Shown here: positions 37,828 to 52,490 of the stretch, one piece after another
How positions within the stretch are numbered: the first letter of the stretch is position 1
How the letters are laid out: the number at the start of each line of letters is the position of its first letter
Source: Eledone cirrhosa
Taxonomy: Eukaryota
Direction of reading: 5' to 3'
Length of the DNA stretch: 64,000 bases
NCBI GenBank assembly: GCA_964016885.1
Contig: OZ024745.1
Coordinates: 33,666,001-33,730,000, forward strand
Notes under the pieces: model-generated
What the model saw: only the letters and a program-made list of their open reading frames with translations
Told to the model about the DNA's origin: nothing
The model's database searches: none
Program-made: the position numbers and the translations under genes

Positions 37828-40490
37828 TCATCATCATCATCATCATCATCGTTTAACGTCCATGTTCCACGCTTGCATGGGTTTGGACTTGAGTTTTCCC
37901 ACTTGAGGCAAGAGTGGTTGTCTTGCTCGCATAGGACTGTCTGGCGGGTTTTCTACAGTTGGATGCCCTTCCTAACACCAACCACATTTACAGTGTGGGG
38001 CTGGGAGGTTTTTACCGTGTTGCCTACACGGCCACATTACAGCGTGGACTGTCTGGCGGGTTTTCTACAGCTGGATGCCCTTCCTAACACCAACCACATT
38101 TACAGTGTGGGGCTGGGAGGTTTTTACCGTGTTGCCTACACGGCCACATTTACAGAGTGGACTGTGTGTTTTTTTTTGTCGTGACACCTACACGATCTCA
38201 TTTGTTTCGGCCTGGATTTTGTGGTACCAACATAACTTTACATTGAAAGGGGCGGTGTGGATGGGGTGGGGGTGGTGGGACGGGGGTGTATTTTGTATTT
38301 AGGTAAGGCGGGTCGGGTCTTCTCTATTACTGAGTATCGCCAAAGGTCTCGGTCCAGTGACATTGTCTTGGAGAGGTGTAAGTGTGTGAGGTCGGAATTT
38401 ATCAGCTCGTCCCAGGTTTTTCTGGGTCTGCCTACTCCGTGGCTACCGTCTATCTTTATTGCCCTGCACTTTGCTATACAGCTGTTGTCTTTCATGCGCA
38501 TCACGTGACCATACCAACGTAGCCTTCTCTCGAGTAAACAACATCTGATCCCTCTTATTTCTAATTTTTTCCTTAGTTCGTTTATGCTTTGCCGTTCGCG
38601 TATATTACTATTACACATCCAGCGGAGCATGCAAGCTTCGTTCCTCTCTAGTCTGCGTATATCCTCTGCACACAATGCCCAGGTCTCACTACCATGCAAC
38701 ATTGCTGTTCGTATGCAGGCATCATACAACCTGCCTTTCATTTTTAGGGAGAACCCTTTAGCGGCTCATAGTGGTATAAGCTCTCTGAACTTTTTCCATC
38801 CAGTTCTGACTCTAGCTACTGTACTTTCAGAGCACCCTCCCCCACTGCTGATTTTGTCACCCAGGTAACGGAAGCTGTCCACTATTTCTATAGAACCCTC
38901 TGCGCAATTGAAAGAGCTAGTATTTTGTGGGCACTTGCTGCTACTTATTGCACCAGAGCACCAGCCACATGTAAAATCTGTGTTCTTAGTTAGCTTACCT
39001 GTGATCCCACTACATCTTTTATGCACACATACTTTGCATTTGGGACATAAAATGGAGTTTCTACCTACGCCTTTCCTACACACTGAGCATGGCCATTTCC
39101 CGGAAGGGACCGGCGCCTTATTTTCTTTCCTACAAACTAGAACTTTAGTCTTAGCCAGGTTAATTTTAAGGCCTTTTGATTCTAGGCCGTGCTTCCATGT
39201 TTGGAATTTCTTCTCTAGCTCGGCCATTGATTCAGCTTTGAGCGTTAGATCATCTGCGTATAGGAGTTCCCATGGGCAGCCGGTCTTGAACTCCTCTGTT
39301 ATAGCCTGAAGGGCAATAATAAATAGTAGGGGGCTAAGAACAGAGCCCTGATGGACACCAACTTTTACGCTAAACTCTTCACTATATTCGTTGTTAATTC
39401 TAACCTTGCTCACTGTTTCTTTATACATGGCTTGTATAGCTCTCACAAGCCATTCGTCAACACCTAGTTTTCTAAGAGCCCACCAGATAATGGAACGGGG
39501 GACTCTGTTGAAGGCTTTCTCCAAGTCGACAAAGGCTAAGTATAGGGGTTTACTTTTAGCTAGGTACTTCTCCTGTAGTTGTCGTACAATGAAAAGAGCG
39601 TCTGTGGTACTTTTGCCTGACACAAACCCGAACTGCATTTCATCTAGATCGATTCTCTCTCTGATTAGTTGCACTATTACTTTTTCCGTGACCTTCATGA
39701 CCTGGTCGATTAATTTAATGCCTCTATAGTTACTCCTATCTAGGGCGTCTCCTTTACCCTTGTAACAGTTAATGATGATGCTGCTACGCCAGTCCTTCGG
39801 AACAACCCCATTCTGTATGACTTGGTTTACTATCCGGGTGACCATGGTGTGTCCCACCGTTCCAGAGGCCTTCAGCATCTCAGCAACTATTTCCGAAGGC
39901 CCAGCGGCCTTACCCGTCTTCATATCTTTGATTGCCTTACTTATTATACTACCTTCAACTAACACTGCTGGTCCCTCTATTGGATCGATCTGAGGGAGAC
40001 TATCTTTCTCCCATTTATTCTCCTCATTTAGTAGCCTTTCATAGTGACACTTCCAAGCTACCTTCTTATCAGCGTCAGTGATGGCAAGTATGCCATCATC
40101 ATTAAGTACACACTTCTCCCCAACAATATCACGGCTTTCCTTGACACATTGCCTAGCAATCCTGAACACCTCACGTTTTTGGTCCTCGCGTTGTAGAACA
40201 TGCTTGAACTTTCTTTCCTCTGCTTCCCTTCTTGCGAAGTACACTTGCTCCTAGCTTCCCTCCTGGCCACTTGATAGTCTTCTCTACTTCCCCCATACTT
40301 TCCAAGCCTGCTTTTTGGCCTTAATCGACTCCTCCACCTTACTGTTCCACCACCATGTTACTCTCCTCCTGCCTATAGGCCTGCTCCGGCCACAGACTTC
40401 GTCTGCCGCAGGTTTGCTTTCAGGAATTCCCACTGTCCCTCTATATTGTCCGACTCTAAATGCTCTTCCTTACTGTCGAAAGCATCAAGT
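37828..40490 (-). mobile_element. RTE LINE, 5'-truncated, near-identical to 26500-28650
   Basis: ORFs 38766-40244 and 38238-38741 are separated by a single TTA>TGA stop. Same PHD insert and same 3' UTR duplication. Confidence 0.95.
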
Positions 40491-43476
40491 ATATGGTAAT
40501 GGAAAAGATAAGTGACCTGAGTTGTAGATGACAAATTTTATCTGACCACAATAACCAGTGAATTGATGGAGAACTAAATGTCTTGTGGTATTTGGTTTGG
40601 CTTTCTGCATTTTAGGTTCAAATCCTACCAATATCAACTTTGCTTTCATCTATTTGAGGCCAATAAATAAACTGTTTTTATTTCTGATAAGTCCCTGTTT
40701 AGGGGTAAAATTTTTAATTTATTTTATTTTATACCTATAAATGCAATTTATGTAATATATATAATGAATATGAAATATTTAAAAGAAACAAATTAATAGA
40801 AATCAATCAAGGTAAAAGAAAATAGCATTTCAAAAGACTATGAGAGGAAAAGGAGGGAAAGGGTGAGGATTATTAAGCAATGAAAGAAAGGGGGAAGAGG
40901 AGAGGGTGACAGACTCTACTCCTAAGTCAGAGTGGTGTTTCGGTTGCACCCTCTGGACAAAATAAACTACCAGCTGAGAATGGTGGATTGGTGAAATTGA
41001 TAGATCATCAAATGAAACATTCTGAGGTTCTAACTCTGTGCATTTTGAGTTTATATCCTGCCTCCTGTCACTAGACAAATGACAACATGACGGAACTGCT
41101 CTGCCTACAACTATATAAAAACATCCAACAGAACATGATATACAACCTCACAGAAGGCTGGCTAAACCTGCAAAGTGTGAGACATAACAAAAAGGTTAGC
41201 ACATCAAACAGAACACCGTTAAGTTTCAACTCCATGCATTCTGAGTTCAAATCTCACTTCCTGTCACTAGACGAATTGTGACAAGATAGAACTGAGGACC
41301 CTCTATCATAGAAGCACCCCACCCCAAACCTCCTATGGTATGTAATATCATAGAAGGCTGGCTAAAAAGGTTAACATATTTCAGACTTCAGTTCATAATA
41401 CAACATGGTAATACTTAACTCGTCAGAAGGTGATTTCTGACATGCACTTGATAGGTTTAATGCCGAGTGCTGCTGGCACAGTGCACTCTACATGTGTGTG
41501 GAGTTCCACTGAAGCAGAGGCTGTGTTCAGTAGTAATTGAAGGCAAGGAGGCTGAATTAGTGTAAGAATTGCAGGAGCTGGTGCAGTAATGCACCAGATT
41601 CAGAAGTCGGACATCAGAAGAAAGGACGACCCCCTCAGAAATAACTGGTGAAGAAGAAGTTAATTATAGTGTTGTCCTTGTCTTCTGATATAGTGTTTCC
41701 CAAAATGGATCCCATGAAAATATTTTGATGTTCTGTGAACCCAAGAATCACCTATATGCCTCCTATGTCTATAGCAGTCTTCCGTCTTTCTACATTTGAT
41801 TACTCTTATATCCACTTTTTCTCTCAGTCCATCCATGCATATTAACATCTCACATCCAGTATAGCATGCTCACTTTATTTCTCTCCAGCCTCTGCAATAG
41901 AGTATTTGAAATTTAAGTGAAATAACATGGCCTAGTGGTCAAAGTATTGGACTTATGATCATAATGTTGTTGGTTTGATTCCTGGACTGGGTTGTGTGTT
42001 GTATTCTTGAGCAAAACACTCAACTAAAAACAAGTACCATCAGTAGGTGGAGGCTAGACCTGTGATTGACTGATATGATGACAAGAGGGAAGTCTTGAAC
42101 ACTCATTCGCTTAATGTTAACAAAAATGAAACCTGAGGTAAGCAGTGGCCTGATGAGCCTATTGGCTTGGGACAGATTTTAACTATTTTTTTTTTCTTAA
42201 CTTGAAAATTTGGTTCCCAAGATGGGAAGTGCTAATGTAAGCAGTTTTTACTTTAGATATTTTTCTAAGCAAATATTCTTAGATCAGAGGCCATATTTAT
42301 GCTTTAATATAGATCTTTATAATATAAAGAAATACTTCATTGAAAAGACAATGTAAACATTACAAAAGAAAAAAAAAACATTCTGCACTTCTTTTAACAA
42401 AAAGTTTAGTATATAAAAAGAGTTAACAGCAAACTGTTATATATATATATATGCCATTCATGTAGCTCAACAATATATATTCAAATTTCCTGATATATAT
42501 ATATATATCAATTGCAGCTAGCAGTCATCCTTTAAAATAGACAGTATAACCTACTTCTCTTCCTCACCACACACACACAGACAGACAGATGTCTACTGAA
42601 CAACCAATGGTAGCCTGAAGGAATGGTAGCAATCTGAAGAGATCAATAGCGTGGAGGTCTTCGTCATTGAAGTAGAATAGCTAAGAGATAGTTCTTGTAG
42701 CATGACATACAAAGGAATCCTTTTTTTTTCTCTCTTTGATGGAACAATAGAAAGTCTTTATGCTACAATTAGTAGGTTAAATGTGAAACTTATACACAGA
42801 TAAAGCTTCTGTTACCACCACCACCTCTGCTAGCACCACCATCACCACAACTGCTGCTGCTTCCACCACCTTCAGCACCATGACCATCACCATTATTTTT
42901 CTAAAAAAAAATCAATCAATTCAACATGTAACCTACTCAAAGTGGGAGCCTCTATATGATTGTTTGACTTGTTAGAAATAGCAACCAAATACCCCCCCCC
43001 CCCCCAAAAAAAAATACACCCTACTATCTTAAATAATAAAGGACACAATGAGCAGTAATTATTGTATGGTCATGGTTTGAATGACTGATCATAGATAGAG
43101 GTCAACCTAAGCAGAGCTGACCGGGACTAAACATCATCTTGAGACCCCAAATCTTAAATTCTGACCACATTAGTTCTTTCTGTCTTCTTTCACCGATGCT
43201 TAATAGTGAACACAGAAACTATAAGATGAAGTGGGTTTTAAAACATTTACAAAGGTGTCTTACAAAGCCTTTGAAAATACTCACAAACTCCACCAAACAA
43301 TAATGTTTACAAATAATTGAGAAAAAAAGAAACACATTATACGAAACAGCACTGACAACAATAAAAACTGGAATTATTGTTACCTCTCTTACTAATGGAA
43401 AACGTTCCCACAGAAAACATTTAAAAATATGTTTCATACATAAAAATAAATCTTGTAAATCATTATCATAATTTAA

Positions 43477-43724
43477 CCCTTTTGATAATAAAGCTCCTGA
43501 AACTGCCCTTGTTTTATGATACAAACTGCCATTTAAAAATGTTTATCCTTATATTAAAACCTTCCATTATAATTTATTTTAGAAATGTTGTTAAGTAACG
43601 CTCTCAATATCAGCTTATTAATGAAATAGTTATTTTATTGAATTTCTTTAAATTTTTGGTTATTTTCAGAATTAATTGAAAGACATTGGCAGTGTGTTTC
43701 CTTAGAAATATGGTAATGAAACGG
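43477..43724 (+). mobile_element. piggyBac-like MITE (related copies ~10920-11098, 35955-36225, 36370-36600, 46995-47214, 51965-52180)
   Basis: TTAA|CCCTTTTGAT ... AAACGG|TTAA ends and a shared internal sequence. Confidence 0.55.
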
Positions 43725-44075
43725 TTAACACGTTTTTTTCCTTGCTAGCAAGGGTTGGATGGGTCACCATAGACAAAGTCAGTACATAATGGGAACCACT
43801 GATCTCTCAGACAGGCTGAGAGCTGCTTCCTGCTTCCATACATGTTGAATGTGTTTGGTCTTTGACACAACTGAACAGTCATCTTGATCCTTTATAAATA
43901 AGACTAAAAAATCTAAAAATTCTACAATACAAATCTAACATCATTAAAAACATCTTTATCTGTAAAGGTGTTTATCACCATTCATAATATTAATGTAGTA
44001 ATAATTCAAGGAACATTCTTAATTCCTGAAAACTGAACACACACAGTTCCAAATTGTATTCAGATCAGTCTAGAT

Positions 44076-44892
44076 CAGGGTTTCCCAACCTTTTTTCCAG
44101 CCAGCGCCCCCTTTGGGTGCAAACATTTTTGTCAACAGCCCCCCTGTCAAATTAAATTTCAAATAAGATACTGAAGTCATCTTACAGAGAAAGATGACAC
44201 TTAGGTATTAGTGCAAAAGTAATTTTAATATTGTCTTAATTTTTCAAAGCCCCAAAAAGTGTTTTTGGCTGAGGTGTAATTTTATAATTAAAACAAATTC
44301 AAAATTTTAATTTAGGAACATAAGATTTACTACGTTATCTGGTGTATGGCTGCAAAACCTAAAACAAATGTGTGTGTGCACATGTGTGGTTGGGCCTTTA
44401 ATCGCCAGGTGTCAATTTAAATTCAATCGCAGAAAGGAATTCAAAACAGCAACTCACTCACATACACACAATCATATACATACAAACATACTCATACATA
44501 CACACACATACATATCAGCCACTCCCAAAAGCCAGTTTCATCCAAAATTCTGACCACCATTCTTTATATATTTGCACACAAATACACACATTCAGCTTTT
44601 CGCTTTTATTCATGTTTTTTTTTTAGTCATCTGTCACCATTCATTTGTTTTTTGTTTTGTTTTTGGGGTTTCACTTTAGCGACACCAGTTACATCTGGTG
44701 CCAGGAATTCGCTTGCCGCCAAAGTGGAAAAGTGTTTTTTAAATTTTTGAAAACTTGAAAAAAAAATGGATAAAAAATAGCCACTGCCCACCCGAGTATA
44801 TTCACTGCTCCCCCCCAAATGAAATAAAAACTCCCAGCACCCCTTTCAACATAACAACGCCCACAAAGAGGTGCCCATGTTGGGAAACACTG
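44076..44892. mobile_element. Non-autonomous hAT (Charlie-like) element
   Basis: TIRs CAGGGTTTCCCAAC / GTTGGGAAACACTG; perfect 8-bp TSD GTCTAGAT at 44068-44075 and 44893-44900. Confidence 0.9.
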
Positions 44893-45184
44893 GTCTAGAT
44901 GGACCCTTTTATTCAAGAAGTGACTTTATAACATATACAAAACTTGCATTCAATACATAAATATCACAAATGATATTCATGAATTAATATAGAACAACAC
45001 TACATGAGAAATTTAGGCTTAAAAAAAACAAAAAAACTTGCAGTATGAAGCATATAATAAACATATATATACCAACAACATCAACCTTATCAACAATCTC
45101 CCAGGCTGCATTCCTCAGCTATTGCACTTTAACACTCTCACAAACAACTACCATTGAGGAAAACTTCAATGTATTCAACACCTA

Positions 45185-45660
45185 CTTCTTCTTCACCCAT
45201 TTATTCCTGGGAGGGTCGTAGGGGCAGAGTCCTCAAACACGCTTTCCAGTGGGTCCTGTCAAAAGCCACCATCTCCAATTGGTCCGGTTGGATCCCCAAG
45301 TAAGACAAGCTGAGCTCATGAATGTTAGTCAACCATCTTGGGTCTCCTGCCAATTGGTTTACCTGTAAAATCTGTCCAGTGGTTCTTTTCTGAGACATTC
45401 TCACCACATGTCCGTGATATCAGAGCTGTGATCTCTCATTTTGAAGAAGTCGTGGCTCTACCTGAAGTGACTCTGATTCTGAGCTATGTACTCTATTGAG
45501 TAGTGCTACTCTAAAGACCCTTGAAGGAACCCTATTTTGGCTGTGATTGTATTCTTTCAGTCATTATCCAAGATTCATGACCATAGGTAAGGACTCGCAC
45601 AAATACCGAATTGAAGATAGCAAGTTTTGCTTTTACACCTACCTCTCTTCTTCAACACCT
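45185..45660 (-). mobile_element. Degenerate RTE-like 3' fragment
   Basis: YHGHVVRM ... DRTHWKACLRTLPLRPSQE*. Confidence 0.55.
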
Positions 45661-47366
45661 GGTTTCTGTATTAGACAGGTAACAAAAAATCCACACCAAC
45701 ATACATATATATATATATAGACTGTAATATGCCAACTACAGAAACTCTTCTCATCATATCTAGATACATTAACCACTTGGCAAATAATTCCCCAACTTTC
45801 TTTAGAAAATCTATCAGTTATCATCTTAACACACTTGCCCAACAATGAAGAAAGCAAAATCACTTTTATAAACAAAACAAAAAAGCACAATGGAATGAGT
45901 TCCACCAAGAAACAGAATCAGCCTTCTCAGGATTCAACAACATCAGAATCACATAGGCATTGCAGTACATACATTCAAAAAAATAATTATAAACACATCT
46001 CAAAAACATATCCCACAAGGCAACAAAAAATACAATCCTAATTATACACCAGAAATAGCCAGCCTTATAAAAAGAGGAGACAACCTCAAGCACAATACAG
46101 TATATGAAAACTGCATGCAACCAAAATAAACTCAGCATCAAATAACTAAACAAGGAAATTACGAAAACAATATAAAAAAAAAGAAAATATATAAAATAAT
46201 CTAAAATATTAAATAAACCACAAGAAAAAAAAATAATGCTAAACAATATCCAGTCTAAACTAAAAGTAAAACACCATATAGAGTAATTAGCAGTATCAAC
46301 AGCAACAACAATGTAAATAAAATACACACACTTCAACACTGAACACATCAGACCTTTCTTGAAAGTCAGTTACCAAAATCCACAGAAAAATGACAGAAAC
46401 AGAAAACAAAAAAAATACCTGTCTTCTACCTAGACCACAATTTAAAACAAAAGCTTCAGGGCCAAACAAAATCACAAACATACACCTAAAACACGGAAGG
46501 TTTGAAGGAATCACTATACACAGCAACATCTACTACTATTACTACTATTAGCACTGTTAAAATTTCAGAATCTAGAAACTGGGCAAAAATCATACAAATT
46601 CTAAAGCCCCAGAAAAAGTATATTGTATTAACATAATACAGACATATCACTCTCCTATGCACACCTTCAAAAATTCTAGAAATGCTAACCCTTGACATCA
46701 CAAACTCATATATCAACATCCCCCCACCCTCTCCAAATTTCAGATCACGACATTTCACAAATCTTACACAGGAAATATATGACTTTTATAGTGTACAAGA
46801 ACAATACCTCCAATACCTGTAATTTCTCAAATGGAGTATCACAGTGATATATCCTCTCACCTACTCCTTTCAACCTATATCTACATCACCATCCTACCCT
46901 CTATAAAGCATCCAAACAGCCCCAACTCCAGATGATATCACACTCACATTTTCCTAACACTCTCCAGACACTACTTCTCAACTACTCCAACTAACTCTTT
47001 TATTACCATCTTTCAAATAAAAGACACTTCAATCATTTTGAAAATAATCAAGAATTTGGAAGGATTTAGTAATATAACTAACTTTCTCATTAAGCCGGTG
47101 TTTGGAATATAACTGAACAAAGGCTTTTACATAAAATTATAATAAATATAAACACTTTAAAACAAACAGTTTTGTTTTGTAGAACTTGGGGTGATTTAGT
47201 ATCAAAGGGGTTAAATTATTTATAAATCTGGCCCTACAACAACAAACTTACAGCAGAACCTATGAAATCCAGTATCTATCTACAACTAACAATAACACTC
47301 AAGAACTACTAGAACAATCTCATTGATAGAAGACATAGTAAAGAAAGAAAAATGACACACAAACAT

Positions 47367-47523
47367 ATAGTATTTTTCCGTGCATTATGCACATTCGTGT
47401 ATAATACCCACCCCTTTTTAACCAGAAAAATGTCATAGTTTTGGTATATAATGCACACCTCCAAAACAAACAAGGAAAAAAGTGAAAAGAACTGTGCAGT
47501 ATTCATCATGGAAGAATACGGTA
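47367..47523. mobile_element. Tc1/pogo-type MITE
   Basis: Imperfect TIRs tagtatttttccgtg / catggaagaatacgg-ta. Confidence 0.45.
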
Positions 47524-48050
47524 CTTAAATCAATTGTCACTTTGTTTACTTTCCATGCTAGTATGGGTTGGATGGGCTATCACTGTCCGAGACCAGATGG
47601 GTTGGAGCGAATTCTCTTGCTTCTTACATTCCATATTTGGCATGGTTTCTACAGTTGGAAGCTCTTCCTAATATCAACTATCTTACAATGAATGCATTTT
47701 TTGTGACACCAGCAGTCACTTTACAGAGTGTACTGGGTGCATTTTATCATGGCATCAGCACTAGAGAAGTTGTCACATGTTAGGTTAAACTGAAGATACT
47801 AAAAATGAAAGACCACTGGAACATGGGAGGGACACAGCTTGATGCCATGGCAATCTTTGAGAGGGAGAGGGGGAAGAGGCGGGATGTTCTATCATTGTAA
47901 TATAGCTATGGTGTATGGACATCTACTTGGTATATATATATATTGAAAGAGAGAGAGAGCGAGATGGTGAGTGAGTCAGAGAGAGTCCAACTATGGAAAT
48001 ATATAGGAGGAACAACTAGCTCATAAACTGATTAATTACTAAGTACTTAC

Positions 48051-48095
48051 CGATGGCCATATTTCGGACAGTTTTTCATAAATTGTAGAAGTCAT
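48051..48095 (-). CDS. CCDC171: CCDC171-like, putative first coding exon (exon 48051-48109 including 14 nt of 5' UTR)
   Basis: Acceptor gaatag|, in-frame TAA just upstream of the ATG, MTSTIYEKLSEIWPS, then TCG|gtaagt in phase 0 matching the next exon. No homology support. Confidence 0.55.
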
Positions 48096-48272
48096 GATTT
48101 ATTTGCACTCTATTCAATATAATAATGTTCATATAGAGAGAGACTTGGTAAAAGAGATAGAGAAATAGTGACAGAGGAAGAGAGAGGGAAAGAAAGATAG
48201 ATAGAAAGAGATATATATAGAGAGAGAGGTAGATAGATAGAGAGAGAGGAAGAACAAAACAAGAATAAATAA

Positions 48273-48447
48273 TAATTGTTTCTACTTTTTGGCACAAGGC
48301 CAGCAATTACCCAGTGCATTACTGGTACTTTATTTTATCGACCCCCGTAAGGATGAAAGGCAAAGTTAACCTCGGCGGGATTTGAACTCAGAATGACAAG
48401 GGCTGTAACTCTATGCATCAAAGCATGGCGTCCGACCCTCTAACGAT
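48273..48447 (-). mobile_element. tRNA-derived SINE
   Basis: Match to the main SINE family. Confidence 0.8.
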
Positions 48448-49960
48448 GGAAGGAAAGTAAAATAAATAGGTACAGTAAAAAATAAGAGACATAAAGCCTT
48501 CCATTTATTGGTTTCTTATAAGAAATAATCTTGTATCTTGTAACTCAGATTAATTTACCTGATATATTATAGTATATTACTGGTATTTAGTTTATTGTTG
48601 CCTTGTGAACTCTGGAAATGAGAACACTGTGGAAACCTATTGTTTGTGTGTGTGTCATCCTGGGTCACTAAACCACTTCTCTACTTACTGCAAGCAGAAT
48701 AGAGATGGCCACCTATAAGAATAACCCATGGGAGTTGGTGTGTCTCTTTTGGCACATCTCCCTTACATCCAGGGTAATACATTCACCATTCTGTCCACTG
48801 GGACCATGAAACAATATTTATCTGATGTTTTTTTTTGCAAAGTATATAAGAGTCTACCAGATTAGATATATACTTAGCTGAACATTTCCACACACACATT
48901 CATTATTACATTGTTTAGTAATGGTTACTGATCGTAATAGATATTTAGAAAGTGTAACTTTGATATAAAATGAGATAAATCTAAAGAATAATAAAAAGTT
49001 TGGCTGGTAATAATAACTGATAAGGTAGGTAAAGAAATTGTAAATGACAAATGCGATGATAGCTTTACTGAACTTGCTACAAATTTTCAGAAACTGAATA
49101 AATAAATAAGCAATGTTTATGTATTGGCTTTCAATCAGATAAGTATCACATAATTTCAAGAATTCTTTTGAGTGGATTCCATTGATGATTCTCAGGATGT
49201 TAAGCTTCAATGAAATTTATTAGAGTGTCTTCTATTTATTTAAAATATAGATATTTCCAAGATGACTGTAAGTTGAAAAGGAATTGAAGTTAGTAGTGAA
49301 ATGTGCTAATTTCATTTGGGAAACAAATAGATTGTTATAAATTCTATTTTCTCTTGAGATGGCAGAACAGCAGCAATACAAAAAGAAACTAATATTTGAA
49401 AGCTGTCTAGAAGGATCCAGCCATTCTTCCCTGACGACTCAACTACTCAGTAGAGACATTGTTTCCTAATATCTATTACACTATGACCTCCTCCACCTTT
49501 TTAAAAGACAATTGGCAGATTAATTCGAGGTTCTTTAAAAACAATATGGGAAACTATTACACCAGCCTCAAATAATAATAAAGGCCAGCAAATTTAGGGG
49601 CAAGGGAAAGTTGATTATATCAATCCCAGTTCTTGATTTTATTAACCGTGGAAGGATAAAAAGCAAAGTTGACCTTGGCATGATTTGAAACCAGAATGTA
49701 GAGGGTTGCAACAAAATACTGCAATGCACTAATGATACTGCCGATACATTGCCTTTTCAAATGATTTTTAATTTTGACACATGGCCAGAATTTTAGAGGA
49801 AGGGAAAGTCAATTCTACTGGCTTCAGTAATTGACTGGTACTTTATTTTATCAACCCTGGAAGGACGAAAGGTAAAGTTGATCTCAGAACAAAAAAACAC
49901 AGAAGAAATAGTATGTATCTGTCCAACACTCTGATAACTGCCAATACACCATACTAATAA

Positions 49961-50143
49961 TAATTGTTTCTACTTTTGGCACAAGGCCAGCAATTATCCA
50001 GTACATTACTGGTACTTTATTTTATCGACCTCGTAAGGATGAAAGGCAAAGTCAACCTCGGCGGGATTTGAACTCAGATCGTAAAGGGACATAACTATGC
50101 TGGAAATCATGGAGTCTGACCCTTTACCAATACTGCCAATCCA
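49961..50143 (-). mobile_element. tRNA-derived SINE
   Basis: Match to the main SINE family. Confidence 0.8.
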
Positions 50144-52490
50144 ATGGCCAGATATTAGAGTGTTGGACTCACATTTATAAGGTTGTGAGTTTGATTCCTG
50201 GACTAGCTCATGCATTGTGTTCTTGAGCAAAGAATTTCATTTCACATTGTATTTTATGATAGGACAGTGGGGTACTTATTAAAACACCTGAGTAACTAAT
50301 ATTTTGTGACCTCATGGTTTGAGCTGTAAATTTTCCATCCCGATTGTTATAGCATTAGGGACAGTGACTACAGTTTGAGTGGTTGATTGAAGATGTTGGA
50401 TGTAGAGATCTTGTCAGCTTGAGACAACAAGTACCATACAAAAGGTGCTAGATATTCTTATGGCTGAAGGAAACAGCTTGATATTTAGCAATCCAAATAT
50501 TGGCAGATGAACAATGAACTGCTGAGGGAATAAGAACAATAACCCCCCCCCCCATTATATCTACCACTAATGTCCCTGCTATCACATGAGGTGTAGTAGT
50601 GTCAGGGAACCCCCCCCCCCCATTATCCACCAATGTCTCTGCTCTCATATTTATTATAGAGGTGGTGGAGAGTGTCAGGCAATCACCTCCGTCATCTCTA
50701 TCATCAACATCCCTGCTATCATATTTATTAGAAACATGGAGTACTTTCTACATACATGCACACGTTTAAATTCATTTATATATATATATAGGCGCAGGTA
50801 TGGCTCTGTTGTTAAAGTTTCAAACTACGCGGTTCTGGGTTTAATTCCCGTGTGACACCTTGAGCCAGTAGAAATCATGCCAAATATGGAACGTCGGACT
50901 ATGACAAACTCTCCCACCCATGACAACATAGAAAGTAAATATAGAAATGCATGCATGGTCCTTAACTACAGAGGGAGTCATAGGGGCACCGCTTCTTAGC
51001 GCATTTTAAAACCTAACGGAGCCCATCTCCTCTCCAGGTTGAATGCAGCAGATTTCTTCCAGGGAAGGATAGAAAGAGTGGAAGTAAGGAAGAGATATAG
51101 AGGAAGAATCTACCCCAGTACTAGACTGGTACTTGTTTTATTTAACTCGAATGGATTAAAGGCAAAGTTGACCTAGGCGGGATTTTAACTGACAGAGAAG
51201 GGAGCTGAAATGAATACCGCAAAGCATTCTATCTAACCTTCTTACGACTGTCAATTTGCTGCCTTAAATGATCATGATGTAAACATCAATGAAAAAGCTG
51301 AAAAACAGGTGCTCTGAAAAACAATGTACTGTGTAATATTTCTTCCGCCCTTTGTTGCAGACAGCCTCATCGCTCTCACTGTTAGAAACAGAAATTCAAC
51401 AGCCTCATCGCTCTCACTCAACATGTTTCTCAAATTTTTGTTTACTTCCGGGTACTCGCATACTAGGAGTATTTTGAAAGCAAGAGATCGAATAAGAACT
51501 TTCTATAGTGATTCAGAGAGGAGAGGCTGAGCGAGAAAAACATGTTATGTGTGTGCTTGCGCGTGCGTGAGTGTATGTGATATTTATGAATTAAAAAGTT
51601 CAAATTATAAAATTTTGATGGAAATATTTTCAAGGGAATGCATAAATTTACCAACGACGATGTTGAAAAACTGTTTCATTGTGAAGTAATCACTTCAGAT
51701 ATTTTAGCATCTTTACGAAGAATTTGAAGTTGTTGAAAATTGTCAAAATATTGACCTCGAATATAAACGAACCCCCATTTTACCATCGATTTTTTTTAGT
51801 CAAATATTTCTAGACTTATATTCGAGTATATACTGCATGTTCCGTACTTTCCATCGTTTAAACTTTTATCCTATATATTATAGGCGATACAGGCATCTTA
51901 GACAGGTATTTTAAGAATTAAAACTGAATTAATAAAGATGAAAACAGATCCTGATTTAGACACGTATCTTTTCATTACCATATTTCTGAAAAAAGAATTT
52001 ATGATTAAGAATTTTGAGGGATTTAGTAATATAACTAACTTTCTCATTAAGCTGCTGTTTAGAACATAACTTTAACAAGTTCTTACATAAAATTATAATC
52101 GAGTGTTTAAAAAAAAATAAATACAAACAATTTATCGGAGAAACAGGTGGTTTCAGCCGCTTTGGTATGAAAAGGATTAATTTGTATTTGTTAAATAGAA
52201 TTTCTTTCTTTACTTTCATTGTTTATTTTATATTTTGCCAGAATTCCGGACCACCTCCGGTTCCAAGCTGGTCGGATAAATGGTTCGGTACCTGTCCAAA
52301 TTAAATTGTATAAATAGTCGGAAGAGCATTATACTTTTATATAATACCTTTTTAAGAGATCTGAGGGTTATGGGTTCAAACCCTTCAGCAGTCTAATTAC
52401 AACCTCAATGAGGGAGAAGCTACGTGGTTGTTCAATATACTCGAAATAGCAGCCAGAATTTAAATTATACCCTATTATTTACTGTATATA

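Noticed and set aside
38766-38768. In-frame TGA in the RTE ORF as selenocysteine or readthrough
   Set aside because: The sister copy has TTA (Leu) at this site, so it is a simple nonsense mutation.
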